Below are positions 26,464 to 36,180 of a DNA stretch of 64,000 bases, piece by piece. How positions within the stretch are numbered: position 1 is the stretch's first letter; every line of letters begins with the position of its first letter. Origin of the DNA: Candidatus Saccharimonadota bacterium (GTDB lineage: Bacteria > Patescibacteriota > Saccharimonadia > Saccharimonadales > 2-12-FULL-41-12); the NCBI GenBank assembly GCA_016219345.1, contig JACRNE010000001.1:461-64460 (forward strand), written 5' to 3'. The translations under genes and the position numbers were made by a program. The notes beneath the pieces are model-generated. The model ran no database searches. It saw only the letters and a program-made list of their open reading frames with translations, and was not told the DNA's origin.

Positions 26464-28859
26464 AAACTGAAACCACTCTTCGTATAAATAGTCCGCGAGC
26501 TTTAAAATCTCGCTACGCTAAATCATTAAGATCAAAAAATTCTAAATATGTATTCTATATAGTTTTAATTCTTTCTGTTTTTGGAGGAGGGTATCTAGCG
26601 GCCTTTGCCGGCAGTAGTTTGTGGGGCTTTGCATTAATCCCTGGCGTTTTAGCCTTTGTGATCTATCTGTGGGATGAAGGTGAGCTAAAGAGTCTGCATG
26701 AAAACATTGACAACAGAGCTATAGATGGTCAATTGAGCCCGTTGATTTTGGCTAATCTAAAGACCGATAGCCCATCAGCGTATGAGATCTGGCAGGCGGT
26801 AGCAGACACAAATGATAGATGGTTCTTCCAGAATCGCTATATGCTACACCACTCTATCTTTGAAGAATTTTTGAACAAGCAAGCTGGTTCAGCCGAGTCA
26901 ATCTGGTCAATCGCTTTTGAACTGCAGAAAAAATATCAGACTGTTGGCCTAACACCATCAGTATTGATAGTGGCATTATTAAAATCAATCAAAGATGTAG
27001 AAAAAATGCTCAGACGAGCTAAGCTGGAACTAAGCGAGATAGAGCAGGGCATAGAGTGGCTTAACGATATAGAAGCTAAGAGGCGTTTAGCGAAGGAGAA
27101 GCAGCATTTTGGTGGCTGGGCTCGGGATTGGGCATATGGCTATACACCGCTTCTAAGATACTTGGGTCATAACATCAGTGAAGAAGTTCAATATCACGGA
27201 TTTTTTGTAGATACTGCTCTGCATAGTCAGGTTGTTGACCAGATGATTAAAGCAATGGGTAGTGGCACAAGCTCCATGACTCTAGTGGGAGATATTGGTT
27301 CTGGCAAAACGACTAGCGTGTACGCCTTTGCAGAAAGATTGCTGAAGGACAGATCAGTCCCTAAGGCTGTTAAGCACTCGCAGGTTGTGTCCTTGGATGC
27401 GCCCACACTTCTCTCCCAGACTAGAAGTATCGGTGAGCTTGAAGGATTGGTGATGAGGCTATTGAACGAGGCTAGAAGAGCCAAGAACATAATCCTTTTC
27501 TTTGACGATGCCCAAGTCTTTTTTGGTCAAGGTACTGGTGGGGTTGATCTTAGTAACGTGATACAGCCAGCCCTGGAGGCCGGATCGGTTAGATTGATCT
27601 TTGCGCTCACTCCTAAAGAATGGCAAAATGTTGGCTCTAAGAATCCAGCAATTGCCAGCAGGTTACAGCCCATGCAGGTTACGCCAGCTGGGGAGCAAGA
27701 GACCATCCATGTGCTGCGAGATCAAGTGCTATTCATTGAGTATCAGAAAAAAGTTCTCTACACTCAACAGGCTCTGAAAGAAGCTTACAGACTTGGCAGT
27801 AGATATGTCGACAATCAGGTTATGCCTGGCGCGGCGCTCAGTGTGTTAGAAGCTGCGGCCCCGGTAGCCAAGGATGGCTACATTACGGCAGAGGTGGTGC
27901 AGCAAAGTATAGAATCTTCGATTGGTGTGAAGATCCAACAATCTAAAGGCGATGAGTCACAAAAACTTCTAACGCTAGAAGACGATCTACATAAATATGT
28001 TATAAACCAAAAACAAGCTGTTAGTGTGATAGCTAATGCTCTGCGGAGATCTAGGAGTGGTGTGGGTAATCCAGACAGGCCAGTCGGCACATTCTTGTTC
28101 CTGGGCCCTACAGGAGTTGGCAAAACAGAACTTTCCAAAGCTTTAGCCAGAGTATATTTTGGCAGCGAGAAAGCCATGGTAAGGGTGGATATGAACCAGT
28201 TCGTTGATCCACAGGATGTTTCAAGGTTAATTACACCGATGTTAGGCGAGCAGCTAGGGCTTTTGGGCCAAGTTAGGAAACAGCCGTTTAGCGTGGTGTT
28301 GCTTGATGAAATAGAAAAAGCTCATCCAAGTGTTATAAACCTGCTGCTACAAACTCTAGATGAGGGCGTGATGCGCGATGTAGACAACAAGCCAGTTTCA
28401 TTTAAAGACGCGATTATTATCGCTACCTCTAACGCTGGGGCAGACGAAATACGTAAACTGATTTCTGGTGGTGAAGATCCATCAAAGCTTCAGACTCATT
28501 TAGTAGACACCATTATCGAGCGTCAGATTTTTGCTCCAGAATTTGTAAACCGTTTTGATGAGGTGGTTGTCTTTAGGTCGCTAACCCAAGATGAATTGGT
28601 CCAGGTGATCGACCTGATAATAGCGGGCATAAATAAGACTTTGGATAAGCAAAAAGTCCAAGTAGAGCTAACGGCTGAAGCGAAAAGGTGGTTGGTCGAT
28701 AAGGGCTATGATGCTAAATTAGGCGCTCGCCCGATGCGCAGGGTGGTTCAAAAATATGTTGAAAACATTTTGGCTAAACGTATCCTGGAGCAAACAGCAG
28801 ACAGTGGTAGCGTGATAAAACTTGATGTTCCTGATTTTGAACAACAAGAAGAAGTATAG
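26460..28859 (+). CDS. membrane-anchored ClpA/ClpB-like double AAA+ ATPase
   Basis: Two N-terminal TM helices. D1 is GDIGSGKTT with Walker B ILFFDDAQ. D2 is FLGPTGVGKTELSKALA with VVLLDEIEKAH and GARPMRR. Confidence 0.8.
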   Translation: MKTETTLRINSPRALKSRYAKSLRSKNSKYVFYIVLILSVFGGGYLAAFAGSSLWGFALIPGVLAFVIYLWDEGELKSLHENIDNRAIDGQLSPLILANLKTDSPSAYEIWQAVADTNDRWFFQNRYMLHHSIFEEFLNKQAGSAESIWSIAFELQKKYQTVGLTPSVLIVALLKSIKDVEKMLRRAKLELSEIEQGIEWLNDIEAKRRLAKEKQHFGGWARDWAYGYTPLLRYLGHNISEEVQYHGFFVDTALHSQVVDQMIKAMGSGTSSMTLVGDIGSGKTTSVYAFAERLLKDRSVPKAVKHSQVVSLDAPTLLSQTRSIGELEGLVMRLLNEARRAKNIILFFDDAQVFFGQGTGGVDLSNVIQPALEAGSVRLIFALTPKEWQNVGSKNPAIASRLQPMQVTPAGEQETIHVLRDQVLFIEYQKKVLYTQQALKEAYRLGSRYVDNQVMPGAALSVLEAAAPVAKDGYITAEVVQQSIESSIGVKIQQSKGDESQKLLTLEDDLHKYVINQKQAVSVIANALRRSRSGVGNPDRPVGTFLFLGPTGVGKTELSKALARVYFGSEKAMVRVDMNQFVDPQDVSRLITPMLGEQLGLLGQVRKQPFSVVLLDEIEKAHPSVINLLLQTLDEGVMRDVDNKPVSFKDAIIIATSNAGADEIRKLISGGEDPSKLQTHLVDTIIERQIFAPEFVNRFDEVVVFRSLTQDELVQVIDLIIAGINKTLDKQKVQVELTAEAKRWLVDKGYDAKLGARPMRRVVQKYVENILAKRILEQTADSGSVIKLDVPDFEQQEEV

Positions 28860-29516
28860 ATGGCTATATTTTTATCCCTCATATTAATATTAGTTTTACT
28901 TATCGCCTCCGAGTATTATTGGCGTCGCGGCAAGCTAGAGCCTGAAACTGCTCGCAAACTCATACACGTGCTGGTCGGGACTTTTATTGCTTTTTGGCCA
29001 CTTTATATGAGCTGGCGAACCATTCAGATTTTAAGTGTAGTACTTTTTGTGGGGGTATTTATCTCATACAGGCTTGGTGTTTTCGGTGCAATCCATAAAG
29101 TAAAAAGAAAAACTAGCGGCGAGCTATGGTATCCGGTAGGCATTGGCTTGGCTGCGTCATTAACTACCCAGCCCTGGATATTTACGATTGCGATCTTACA
29201 TATGTCGATAGCGGATGGGGTAGCGGCTATTGTAGGCATGAAATGGGGCATAATTCATTACAAGATTGGCCAGCACACCAGATCAATTTTAGGATCATTG
29301 GCATTTCTGATTGTATCTTTTGGTCTATGTATTTTTGCTTTTGTGGTTTTGAGAAAAGAGCTCCCGGGGGTTTCCCTAGCAGTTTTTGTTTTTACGTCTT
29401 TTTTAGCCACGGCTGTTGAGAGTGTTTCTCGGCGCGGACTAGACAACGTACTGATACCACTGGCTGTTATATTTGCACTAGGCTTGCCAACCGCTACATT
29501 GACTATTGGAATGTGA
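28860..29516 (+). CDS. polyprenol/dolichol/phytol kinase-like membrane protein (CTP-transferase-1 superfamily)
   Basis: Six-TM protein with RKLIHVLVGTF and SIADGVAAIVGMKWG. Family assignment is tentative. Confidence 0.5.
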   Translation: MAIFLSLILILVLLIASEYYWRRGKLEPETARKLIHVLVGTFIAFWPLYMSWRTIQILSVVLFVGVFISYRLGVFGAIHKVKRKTSGELWYPVGIGLAASLTTQPWIFTIAILHMSIADGVAAIVGMKWGIIHYKIGQHTRSILGSLAFLIVSFGLCIFAFVVLRKELPGVSLAVFVFTSFLATAVESVSRRGLDNVLIPLAVIFALGLPTATLTIGM

Positions 29517-29526
29517 TAAATAATTT

Positions 29527-29604
29527 TGGGGTGGCTGATGGGAATTGAACCCACGACCTCCGGAACCACAACCCGGCGCTCTAACCAACTGAGCTACAGC
29601 CACC
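29527..29604 (-). tRNA. tRNA-His(GTG) with encoded G-1 and CCA
   Basis: Reverse complement is GGTGGCTGTAGCTCAGTTGGTTAGAGCGCCGGGTTGTGGTTCCGG..TTCAATTCCCATCAGCCACCCCA. Confidence 0.95.
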
Positions 29605-29624
29605 AAAACAGGGGTCATTATATA

Positions 29625-30197
29625 TTAATTTTGGTATTCTGGGAAGTTAATCAAATTTTCTATTGAACTAACTTGATCCAAGATGTCTTTCGGTAGGTAG
29701 CGATTTTTCGGGTCATTAACTAATTTTTTGGCTTCTTCCAAAGACAGAAATTTTACTTCGATTTTCTCACCAGAATCTAGCTTTTGGTCGACTTGAGATT
29801 CAAAGTCAGTTGCTAAAAACAGATATACAAACCACTCAATTTTCGCATAAGGCTGCTCAACTTTTATGAGTCGCCAATTTTTAAAACTCAGGCCCGTCTC
29901 TTCTAGAAGTTCGCGTTTTGCAGCTTCAAGTTCTGTCTCCGACTCATCATCGTGTCGTCCACCAGGGATATCATAGTAGGCTCTATGATTTGGCTGCTCT
30001 TCCTCTGTAATTACGATCTTATTATCTTTTATGGCGATAACTTTTATCGTGTCTGGACGCTTTAGCATCTCAAATGTTTCTTTGCTCCCGTCAAACATTT
30101 CTTGCTCCCACTGATAGACATCAAAAATCTGGCCCTTGAAAACCAACTGAGCTTCTTTGGGGAGTAATCTAGAATTTTTTGGAGTTATTGTCCGCAT
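29625..30197 (-). CDS. NUDIX hydrolase (ADP-ribose pyrophosphatase-like)
   Basis: Nudix box GGRHDDESETELEAAKRELLEETGL. Confidence 0.8.
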   Translation of the reverse strand: MRTITPKNSRLLPKEAQLVFKGQIFDVYQWEQEMFDGSKETFEMLKRPDTIKVIAIKDNKIVITEEEQPNHRAYYDIPGGRHDDESETELEAAKRELLEETGLSFKNWRLIKVEQPYAKIEWFVYLFLATDFESQVDQKLDSGEKIEVKFLSLEEAKKLVNDPKNRYLPKDILDQVSSIENLINFPEYQN

Positions 30198-30206
30198 ATA
30201 TTTATT

Positions 30207-30782
30207 TTAAAACAAAGTTTTTATTTTATTACGATTTGCCAGAATAATAATGCTTCCGTCGAATAGGGCGAAATAAAGAGGGAACAGTATGTAGGAGATT
30301 GATTTATCAGGACTGGCAATAATCCCCAATACGCTAGCAAGAAAAAAGAGATACCAATGATATGCTTGTTCATTCTCGGGCTTTTTAAGCACTCGACCAT
30401 ATGTCGGTATTCCTCCTATAAAATGTGCCAGTAAACCAATGGCAAGATTCAACAATGCCAAATCATAGGTCAGCCAAATCAATCCACTAAATCCTAAGAG
30501 CCCTAGACTAATTTTCTCAATTATTCCAAATTCTCTAGAACCCTTGCTATAGCTAACAACAAACATTAAAAAGTTACCTATCAACAATGTTCCTGCCAAA
30601 ATTATTGAGGCAGCACTGCCATTACTTAGAATTACTCCAATAAAGCTATTGATGCCTAGCAAAAACCATATAGCCCTGCTAAAGAAACTAGGTTTGTACT
30701 CGGATCGGTACATCTGATAAAGACCAGACGCATAGGTCGCTATGCCGAATGTAACTATCAGAAAAAAGAGCAAATTCTCCAT
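30207..30782 (-). CDS. hypothetical polytopic membrane protein
   Basis: 191 aa with about 6 TM helices. No recognisable motif. Confidence 0.5.
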   Translation of the reverse strand: MENLLFFLIVTFGIATYASGLYQMYRSEYKPSFFSRAIWFLLGINSFIGVILSNGSAASIILAGTLLIGNFLMFVVSYSKGSREFGIIEKISLGLLGFSGLIWLTYDLALLNLAIGLLAHFIGGIPTYGRVLKKPENEQAYHWYLFFLASVLGIIASPDKSISYILFPLYFALFDGSIIILANRNKIKTLF

Positions 30783-30883
30783 TATGGTTCTAGAAAAATT
30801 TCAGCACCTATTAGTGCTAAAACAGCCAATGATGCATAGATCCAAAAGGAGGTTTCGCTTGCTTGATTTAATTTCTCTGTCAT
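30782..30883 (-). CDS. possible 33-aa membrane peptide
   Basis: Encodes MTEKLNQASETSFWIYASLAVLALIGAEIFLEP. Its ATG directly follows the HAD stop, and its TAA overlaps the next ATG (TAATG). Confidence 0.35.
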   Translation of the reverse strand: MTEKLNQASETSFWIYASLAVLALIGAEIFLEP

Positions 30884-31519
30884 CTAGATAGATTTTATCG
30901 CATCAGGGAGTTGAGAGAAATACTGCACCTTGTGTTTTAAGGGGTTAAATTCTTCGGAAGAATAATGGACAAAATGCATATTGGCGTTGTAAGCAGCCAT
31001 CAGATCTGACTCCATGTCGCCTATGTAAACTGTATTTTCAGGCTGTACGAATAATTTCTCGCAGGCTATCAGTAGAGGCTCGGGGTGTGGCTTGTGATTT
31101 GAGCTATCATTATATTTAACAATGACTTCAAAGTAATTACGAAAATCTTTTATCTTAAAAATCTCATCAACTCCCATTGCCTCTCTGCTCGTAACTACCC
31201 CTAGCTTATAGTGTTTTTTTAGCTGCTCTAGGACTTCAATTAAACCATCTGGAAATTTATATAGATGCTTAATATCATCTCGAAAATCACCGTCTTCAAC
31301 CATCTTAAATATTTTGTCTATCGCATCACGCGAGGTTATGTTTTTACGAGCTAGGACCTCCGTAATTATCTGTTGAATCGGTGTGCTAGCATCTTCCAAT
31401 AAGTCGTCGTCAATTTCAGAGTAGCCAGCTTTTTCAAACAATAATTTCTTAAAAACAGGCCTGGACCGACTGGAATCAACAAGTACACCGTCCATATCAA
31501 ACAAAATTGCTTCAATCAT
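30884..31519 (-). CDS. HAD-superfamily phosphatase
   Basis: MIEAILFDMDGVLVDS (DxDG motif I), VVTSRE, YIGDMESD. Confidence 0.85.
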   Translation of the reverse strand: MIEAILFDMDGVLVDSSRSRPVFKKLLFEKAGYSEIDDDLLEDASTPIQQIITEVLARKNITSRDAIDKIFKMVEDGDFRDDIKHLYKFPDGLIEVLEQLKKHYKLGVVTSREAMGVDEIFKIKDFRNYFEVIVKYNDSSNHKPHPEPLLIACEKLFVQPENTVYIGDMESDLMAAYNANMHFVHYSSEEFNPLKHKVQYFSQLPDAIKSI

Positions 31520-31524
31520 ATTTT

Positions 31525-31601
31525 TGGTACCCCGGGAGGGACTCGAACCCCCGACCTTGACGTTAGAACCGTCTTGCTCTAATCCACTGAGCTACCGGGG
31601 C
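31525..31601 (-). tRNA. tRNA-Arg(TCT), CCA encoded
   Basis: Reverse complement is GCCCCGGTAGCTCAGTGGATTAGAGCAAGACGGTTCTAACGTC..GGTTCGAGTCCCTCCCGGGGTACCA. Confidence 0.95.
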
Positions 31602-31690
31602 ATAAAACCATGCTATGGTTTTGTGCATCCACAAACGAAGTGTCGTCAATCAAAATTGTAACAACTCTTATGCGCTAGCTACAAACATCT

Positions 31691-31765
31691 TGGTGCGGGA
31701 TGGGGGAATCGAACCCCCGTCCTGAGTTTGGAAAACTCATATACTAGCCGTTGTACGAATCCCGC
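31691..31765 (-). tRNA. tRNA-Gly(TCC), CCA encoded
   Basis: Reverse complement is GCGGGATTCGTACAACGGCTAGTATATGAGTTTTCCAAACTCA..GGTTCGATTCCCCCATCCCGCACCA. Confidence 0.95.
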
Positions 31766-31858
31766 AGAAATAAGCTATGTTATGGGTATCGATTATAACA
31801 GATTGGGAGTTGCGTAGACTATGAAAAAGAGTGATACAATTCAGTCAAAGGAACAAAA

Positions 31859-33082
31859 ATGATACTTTCAGCCAAAAATCTGGTCACAAGAGTAGGAAAA
31901 GACCTAGGGCTGAGTGAAGACGACATTGAATATCTGCTGAAGATTGATAAAGAACATGTTTTTGAGATTGATCTAGGCAATGGAAGGACCCATAAGGCAT
32001 ATAGAGTTCAGCACAATAACTTAAGAGGCCCATACAAAGGTGGAATCAGACTACACCCAGCTGTAGATTTGGATGAAGTAAGAGCTTTGTCAATCCTAAT
32101 GACCCTAAAGACTGCCGCCATAGGACTCCCCCTTGGCGGTGGAAAAGGGGGTGTAGCGATTGACCCGAGAGATTTGTCCGAAGAGGATCTAGAACGCCTA
32201 TCTCGTGCTTATGTAGAGCATATGCATCCTCATATTGGTCCGGATACAGATATACCAGCGCCTGACGTTAATACAAATGCGAAAATAATTGATTGGATGG
32301 TCGAAGAATACGAAAATATTACAGGCGATAATAGCAAAGCTAGCTTTACCGGAAAGTCGATAGAAAACGGTGGCAGCCTTGGGCGTGAAGCGGCTACAGG
32401 CCGAGGCGGGATGCTCGCTCTGGCTGAATATTTAAGACTTGTCGGTAAAGATCCAAAAGAATTGACAATTGCTGTTCAAGGAGTGGGGAATGTTGGATTC
32501 TTCTTCACCAAATACGCTCAGGAAGAGTTAGGCTCAAGGGTCGTTGCAATATCAGATTCGCAGCGTACGTTGCTGGTTAAAGATTTCCAAAACAACAAAA
32601 CATTTCTAAGTGTAGAGGGATTTGATAAGTCCAAAAGAGGCTTGATAGATGATCTTGCGGATGAGCACGTAGAGTTCTTGGACAGAGACGCAATTTTAAA
32701 CCAGCCTGTTGATGTGTTGGTGCTTGCTGCTCTTGGGGACGTGGTTGTTAAGGATAATGCTTTTGATATCAAAGCGTCGATTATTCTTGAGCTGGCCAAT
32801 GGCCCAGTAGATGATTTTGCTTTCAAGGCTCTAAAAGATGATAAGGTTATAATTCCGGATATCATCGCCAATTCAGGTGGTGTGATAGTGAGCTATCTAG
32901 AATGGTTGCAAAATCGAGCTGGTGAGAAGTGGTCGGCCCAGGAAGTAGATGAAAATCTAAAGATCTATATGAGCAAAGCCGTAAGATCAATGTATGACTA
33001 CGCTAAGCAAAAAGACATTCCACTAAAAGAGGCGGCTCTAGCCCTGGCAATAACTAGGCTACTAGAATCTAGAAAATCCTAA
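31859..33082 (+). CDS. gdh: Glu/Leu/Phe/Val-family dehydrogenase, most like glutamate dehydrogenase
   Basis: RGPYKGGIRLHP, LPLGGGKGG, QGVGNVG Rossmann motif. Confidence 0.85.
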   Translation: MILSAKNLVTRVGKDLGLSEDDIEYLLKIDKEHVFEIDLGNGRTHKAYRVQHNNLRGPYKGGIRLHPAVDLDEVRALSILMTLKTAAIGLPLGGGKGGVAIDPRDLSEEDLERLSRAYVEHMHPHIGPDTDIPAPDVNTNAKIIDWMVEEYENITGDNSKASFTGKSIENGGSLGREAATGRGGMLALAEYLRLVGKDPKELTIAVQGVGNVGFFFTKYAQEELGSRVVAISDSQRTLLVKDFQNNKTFLSVEGFDKSKRGLIDDLADEHVEFLDRDAILNQPVDVLVLAALGDVVVKDNAFDIKASIILELANGPVDDFAFKALKDDKVIIPDIIANSGGVIVSYLEWLQNRAGEKWSAQEVDENLKIYMSKAVRSMYDYAKQKDIPLKEAALALAITRLLESRKS

Positions 33083-33186
33083 AGTCTAGAGGGTGAGCAG
33101 ACCCAAAAATTATTTAGGATATTTTTAGATTATTTATTCATCTAAAAATATATCAATGGAAAGGGAGGATCCGAGCGAAGCGAGCT

Positions 33187-33221
33187 AAGGAGGGAAAAAC
33201 CTGTTTGGGTTTGCCCTCCTT
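33187..33221. terminator. hairpin between convergent gdh and murA genes
   Basis: aaggaggg/ccctcctt 8-bp stem enclosing a second short stem. Confidence 0.45.
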
Positions 33222-33226
33222 AAGTT

Positions 33227-34747
33227 CTAGATATCGTGGAGGATCTCGATTTTAGCACCGAGTCCGTTCAACCGTTCTGCTAGGTATTCGTAACCACGGT
33301 TAATTGAGTAAACATTACGCAAAATAGAAATTCCATCAGCTGCTAACATTCCAATTAGCAGTAGCACAGCTGGACGCAGAGCGGGTGGGCAGACAACATC
33401 AGCTACACTCCATTTAGTTGGACCATCTATGTAAGCTCTGTGAGGATCGGCCAATGTTACGTTAACTCCAAGCTTTCGCAGCTCTGTGTAGTAGAGAGCA
33501 CGTTCTTCGTAGACCCAGTCGTGGATCAGGGTGCGTCCTTTTGCCACCGCTGCAATGGGCACAAAATATGGTAGGTTATCTATGTTAAGACCCGGGTAAG
33601 GACGTCCGTAAATTTTTTCTTCAAGCGCTACCAGGCTACCATTGTGTTTGTGGACGGTTATGTCAGCTAAAATACTGTGCCCGTTCGACGCTTTGTAATG
33701 ATCGCCAATATCTATCTTAAGACCCATTTTGCTTAGTTTAAGAATCTCTAGCTCCAAAAATTCTATTGGTGTTCGGGTGATTGTGATTTTTGAGTTTGTT
33801 GCCGCCGCTGCCGCAATGAAAGTCATTGATTCTATAGGGTCTTCGGTAGGATAGTAGGTAATATTTTTTCGGGCTTCTTTAACGCCACGTATTTTAAGTG
33901 TGCTTGTACCGATTCCTTCAATCTTCACGCCCAGTTTTTTCAAGAAAAAGCATAAATCCTGCACCTGGTAATTCGCGCTCGCCATCTTGATAGTGACTTC
34001 TTTTTCCTGGTAAGCAGCGGCCATAATAGCGTTTTCTGTTGTGGTGTCTCCGGATTCATACATAACGACATATTCAGGTGATTTTTTATTAACTTTAACG
34101 TGGTAACTACCGGACTTAGTAATGACCTGGACACCAAATTCTTCCAGGGCATAAAGATGCGGCTGAACAGTTCTAGTACCAAGCTTACAGCCGCCGGCAT
34201 AAGGAATTTGAAACTCTTTTACCAAGTGCATGAGAGGGCCAAGCATCATAATTACACTGCGTGTTTTCCGCGCAGCCACTTTATCCATTTTTTCGACATT
34301 GAGCTTTTCGGGTGGGCGAATCTCTAGATCATTTCCAGCCATCCAGCGAACTTTTACCCCCATGCTAACGAGGACTTCTACAAGCCGATTTACTTCTTCA
34401 ATCCTAGGCATGTGTTTAAGTCGAGTAGTTCCCTTATTAAGTAGCGCAGCAAAAAGTAGGCAAACCGCTGAGTTTTTAGCTACGCGAGTTTGGATAGTGC
34501 CTGATAGCTCCTTGCCACCTTCAATCTTCAGGTTCACGGCATCACCGCCAAGACTGATTATTTGCTTGTTTAATACATCACTAATTCTTCCTAGGGTGTC
34601 TAGGCTGAGGTTCTGTCGGCCTTTTTCGATCCTATTAACTGCACTTTGGCTGGTGCCTAGCCTTCTAGCGAATTCAGCCTGAGTGAGACCTCTTTCTTGT
34701 CTGATCTGATAAATAAGGCTGCCGATTTTTTCATTAGTCGTATTCAT
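33227..34747 (-). CDS. murA: XRE-type HTH domain fused to UDP-N-acetylglucosamine 1-carboxyvinyltransferase MurA
   Basis: First ~65 aa are LIYQIRQERGLTQAEFARRLGTSQSAVNRIEKGRQNLSLDTL. The MurA body follows (VAKNSAVCLLFAALL, active-site GGCKLGTRTVQPH). Confidence 0.85.
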   Translation of the reverse strand: MNTTNEKIGSLIYQIRQERGLTQAEFARRLGTSQSAVNRIEKGRQNLSLDTLGRISDVLNKQIISLGGDAVNLKIEGGKELSGTIQTRVAKNSAVCLLFAALLNKGTTRLKHMPRIEEVNRLVEVLVSMGVKVRWMAGNDLEIRPPEKLNVEKMDKVAARKTRSVIMMLGPLMHLVKEFQIPYAGGCKLGTRTVQPHLYALEEFGVQVITKSGSYHVKVNKKSPEYVVMYESGDTTTENAIMAAAYQEKEVTIKMASANYQVQDLCFFLKKLGVKIEGIGTSTLKIRGVKEARKNITYYPTEDPIESMTFIAAAAATNSKITITRTPIEFLELEILKLSKMGLKIDIGDHYKASNGHSILADITVHKHNGSLVALEEKIYGRPYPGLNIDNLPYFVPIAAVAKGRTLIHDWVYEERALYYTELRKLGVNVTLADPHRAYIDGPTKWSVADVVCPPALRPAVLLLIGMLAADGISILRNVYSINRGYEYLAERLNGLGAKIEILHDI

Positions 34748-34902
34748 AGCAATATAAATTTATCACATATGGTATGTCCTCTCAATAATATTTATGTTTA
34801 AGTTTCACGGCTGCTGATAGGTTTTGTAGTGAAATATATTTTATCCTTTGGCTAAAGCTGTTTCGGAGTTTATAATTTACAGGTAAATAGGGGATAGTAA
34901 AA

Positions 34903-36180
34903 ATGCATGATAAAGCGGTGGATAAACTAATCGCTGGTGAGTATGAGCGTCAACGTGAAGGCTTGGAGTTGATTCCTAGTGAGAACTATGTGAGCAGGGA
35001 CGTATTAACAGCAAATGGCAGCATATTTACAAACAAATATTCAGAAGGTTATCCCGGAAAGCGATATTACGGTGGTCAAGATTTTACTGATCAAGTAGAA
35101 CAGTTGGCGATTGATCGAGCCAAAGATTTATTTAGTGCGGATCATGCTAACGTTCAGCCACATTCAGGTGCTCCGGCAAACATCGCAGTTTATCAGGCCT
35201 GGCTAGAGCCTGGCGACACAGTGCTTGGTATGCGCTTGGATCACGGGGGGCATTTGACCCATGGACATCCTGTTACTACGTCTGCGAAAATTTATAACTT
35301 CGTTCGTTACGGTATAAAAGATCTTGAAACAGGCGAGATAGATTATGAAGAAATGCTAGCAGTTGCCAAAAAGGAAAAACCAAAAATAATTTTGGCAGGT
35401 TTTTCCGGTTACCCAAGAAGCCTGGATTATGAAAAGTTCGCTGAAATAGGCAAAGAAGTCAATGCGGTGCTAATGGCTGACATGGCTCATATCGCAGGGC
35501 TGATTGCCGGCAAGGCGTTACCAAACCCGTTTGATTATGGTTTTCATATCATAACTACAACTACTCACAAGACTCTTCGTGGTCCGAGGGGTGGGATGAT
35601 TCTTAGCAAAGGTAGGGTTAGTAATCCTTTGAAAGCTCCCGAAAAAACCGTTGAAAATCTACCAACTATAATTGATCGCGAAGTCTTTCCTGGGTTCCAG
35701 GGTGGTCCGCATATGCACACCATAGCAGCCAAGGCAGTCGCATTCGGCGAAGCCCAAAAGCCTGAGTTCCAAGAGTATGCACAGCAGGTTCTTAAAAATG
35801 CAAAAAGATTAGCAGACGAGCTAATGAAGCGTGGTTTCAAGCTAATTACAAACGGCACAGACAACCATATGATTCAGATGGATATGATGACCTCTCGTAA
35901 AATAGATGGTCGAGTTACCCAGGATGTTCTTGATGAAATTGGACTAAGCGCAAACTGTAATTCTATACCTGATGACACTTTGCCGCCATTTAGACCGTCA
36001 GGACTGCGCCTGGGAACACCGGCTATAACTACTAGGGGCTTAAAAGAAGACGATATGGCAACAGTTGCAGAATTCATGGATAAAGCCATAGCCTCAAAAG
36101 ATGATCCGAAGAAACTTGAATCACTCAAGAATGAAGTCAAAGAATTCGCGCTAGGATTCCCACTACCCAGCGATAGGTAA
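34903..36180 (+). CDS. glyA: serine hydroxymethyltransferase
   Basis: LELIPSENYVS, YYGG, TTTTHKTLRGPRGG (PLP lysine). Confidence 0.95.
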   Translation: MHDKAVDKLIAGEYERQREGLELIPSENYVSRDVLTANGSIFTNKYSEGYPGKRYYGGQDFTDQVEQLAIDRAKDLFSADHANVQPHSGAPANIAVYQAWLEPGDTVLGMRLDHGGHLTHGHPVTTSAKIYNFVRYGIKDLETGEIDYEEMLAVAKKEKPKIILAGFSGYPRSLDYEKFAEIGKEVNAVLMADMAHIAGLIAGKALPNPFDYGFHIITTTTHKTLRGPRGGMILSKGRVSNPLKAPEKTVENLPTIIDREVFPGFQGGPHMHTIAAKAVAFGEAQKPEFQEYAQQVLKNAKRLADELMKRGFKLITNGTDNHMIQMDMMTSRKIDGRVTQDVLDEIGLSANCNSIPDDTLPPFRPSGLRLGTPAITTRGLKEDDMATVAEFMDKAIASKDDPKKLESLKNEVKEFALGFPLPSDR

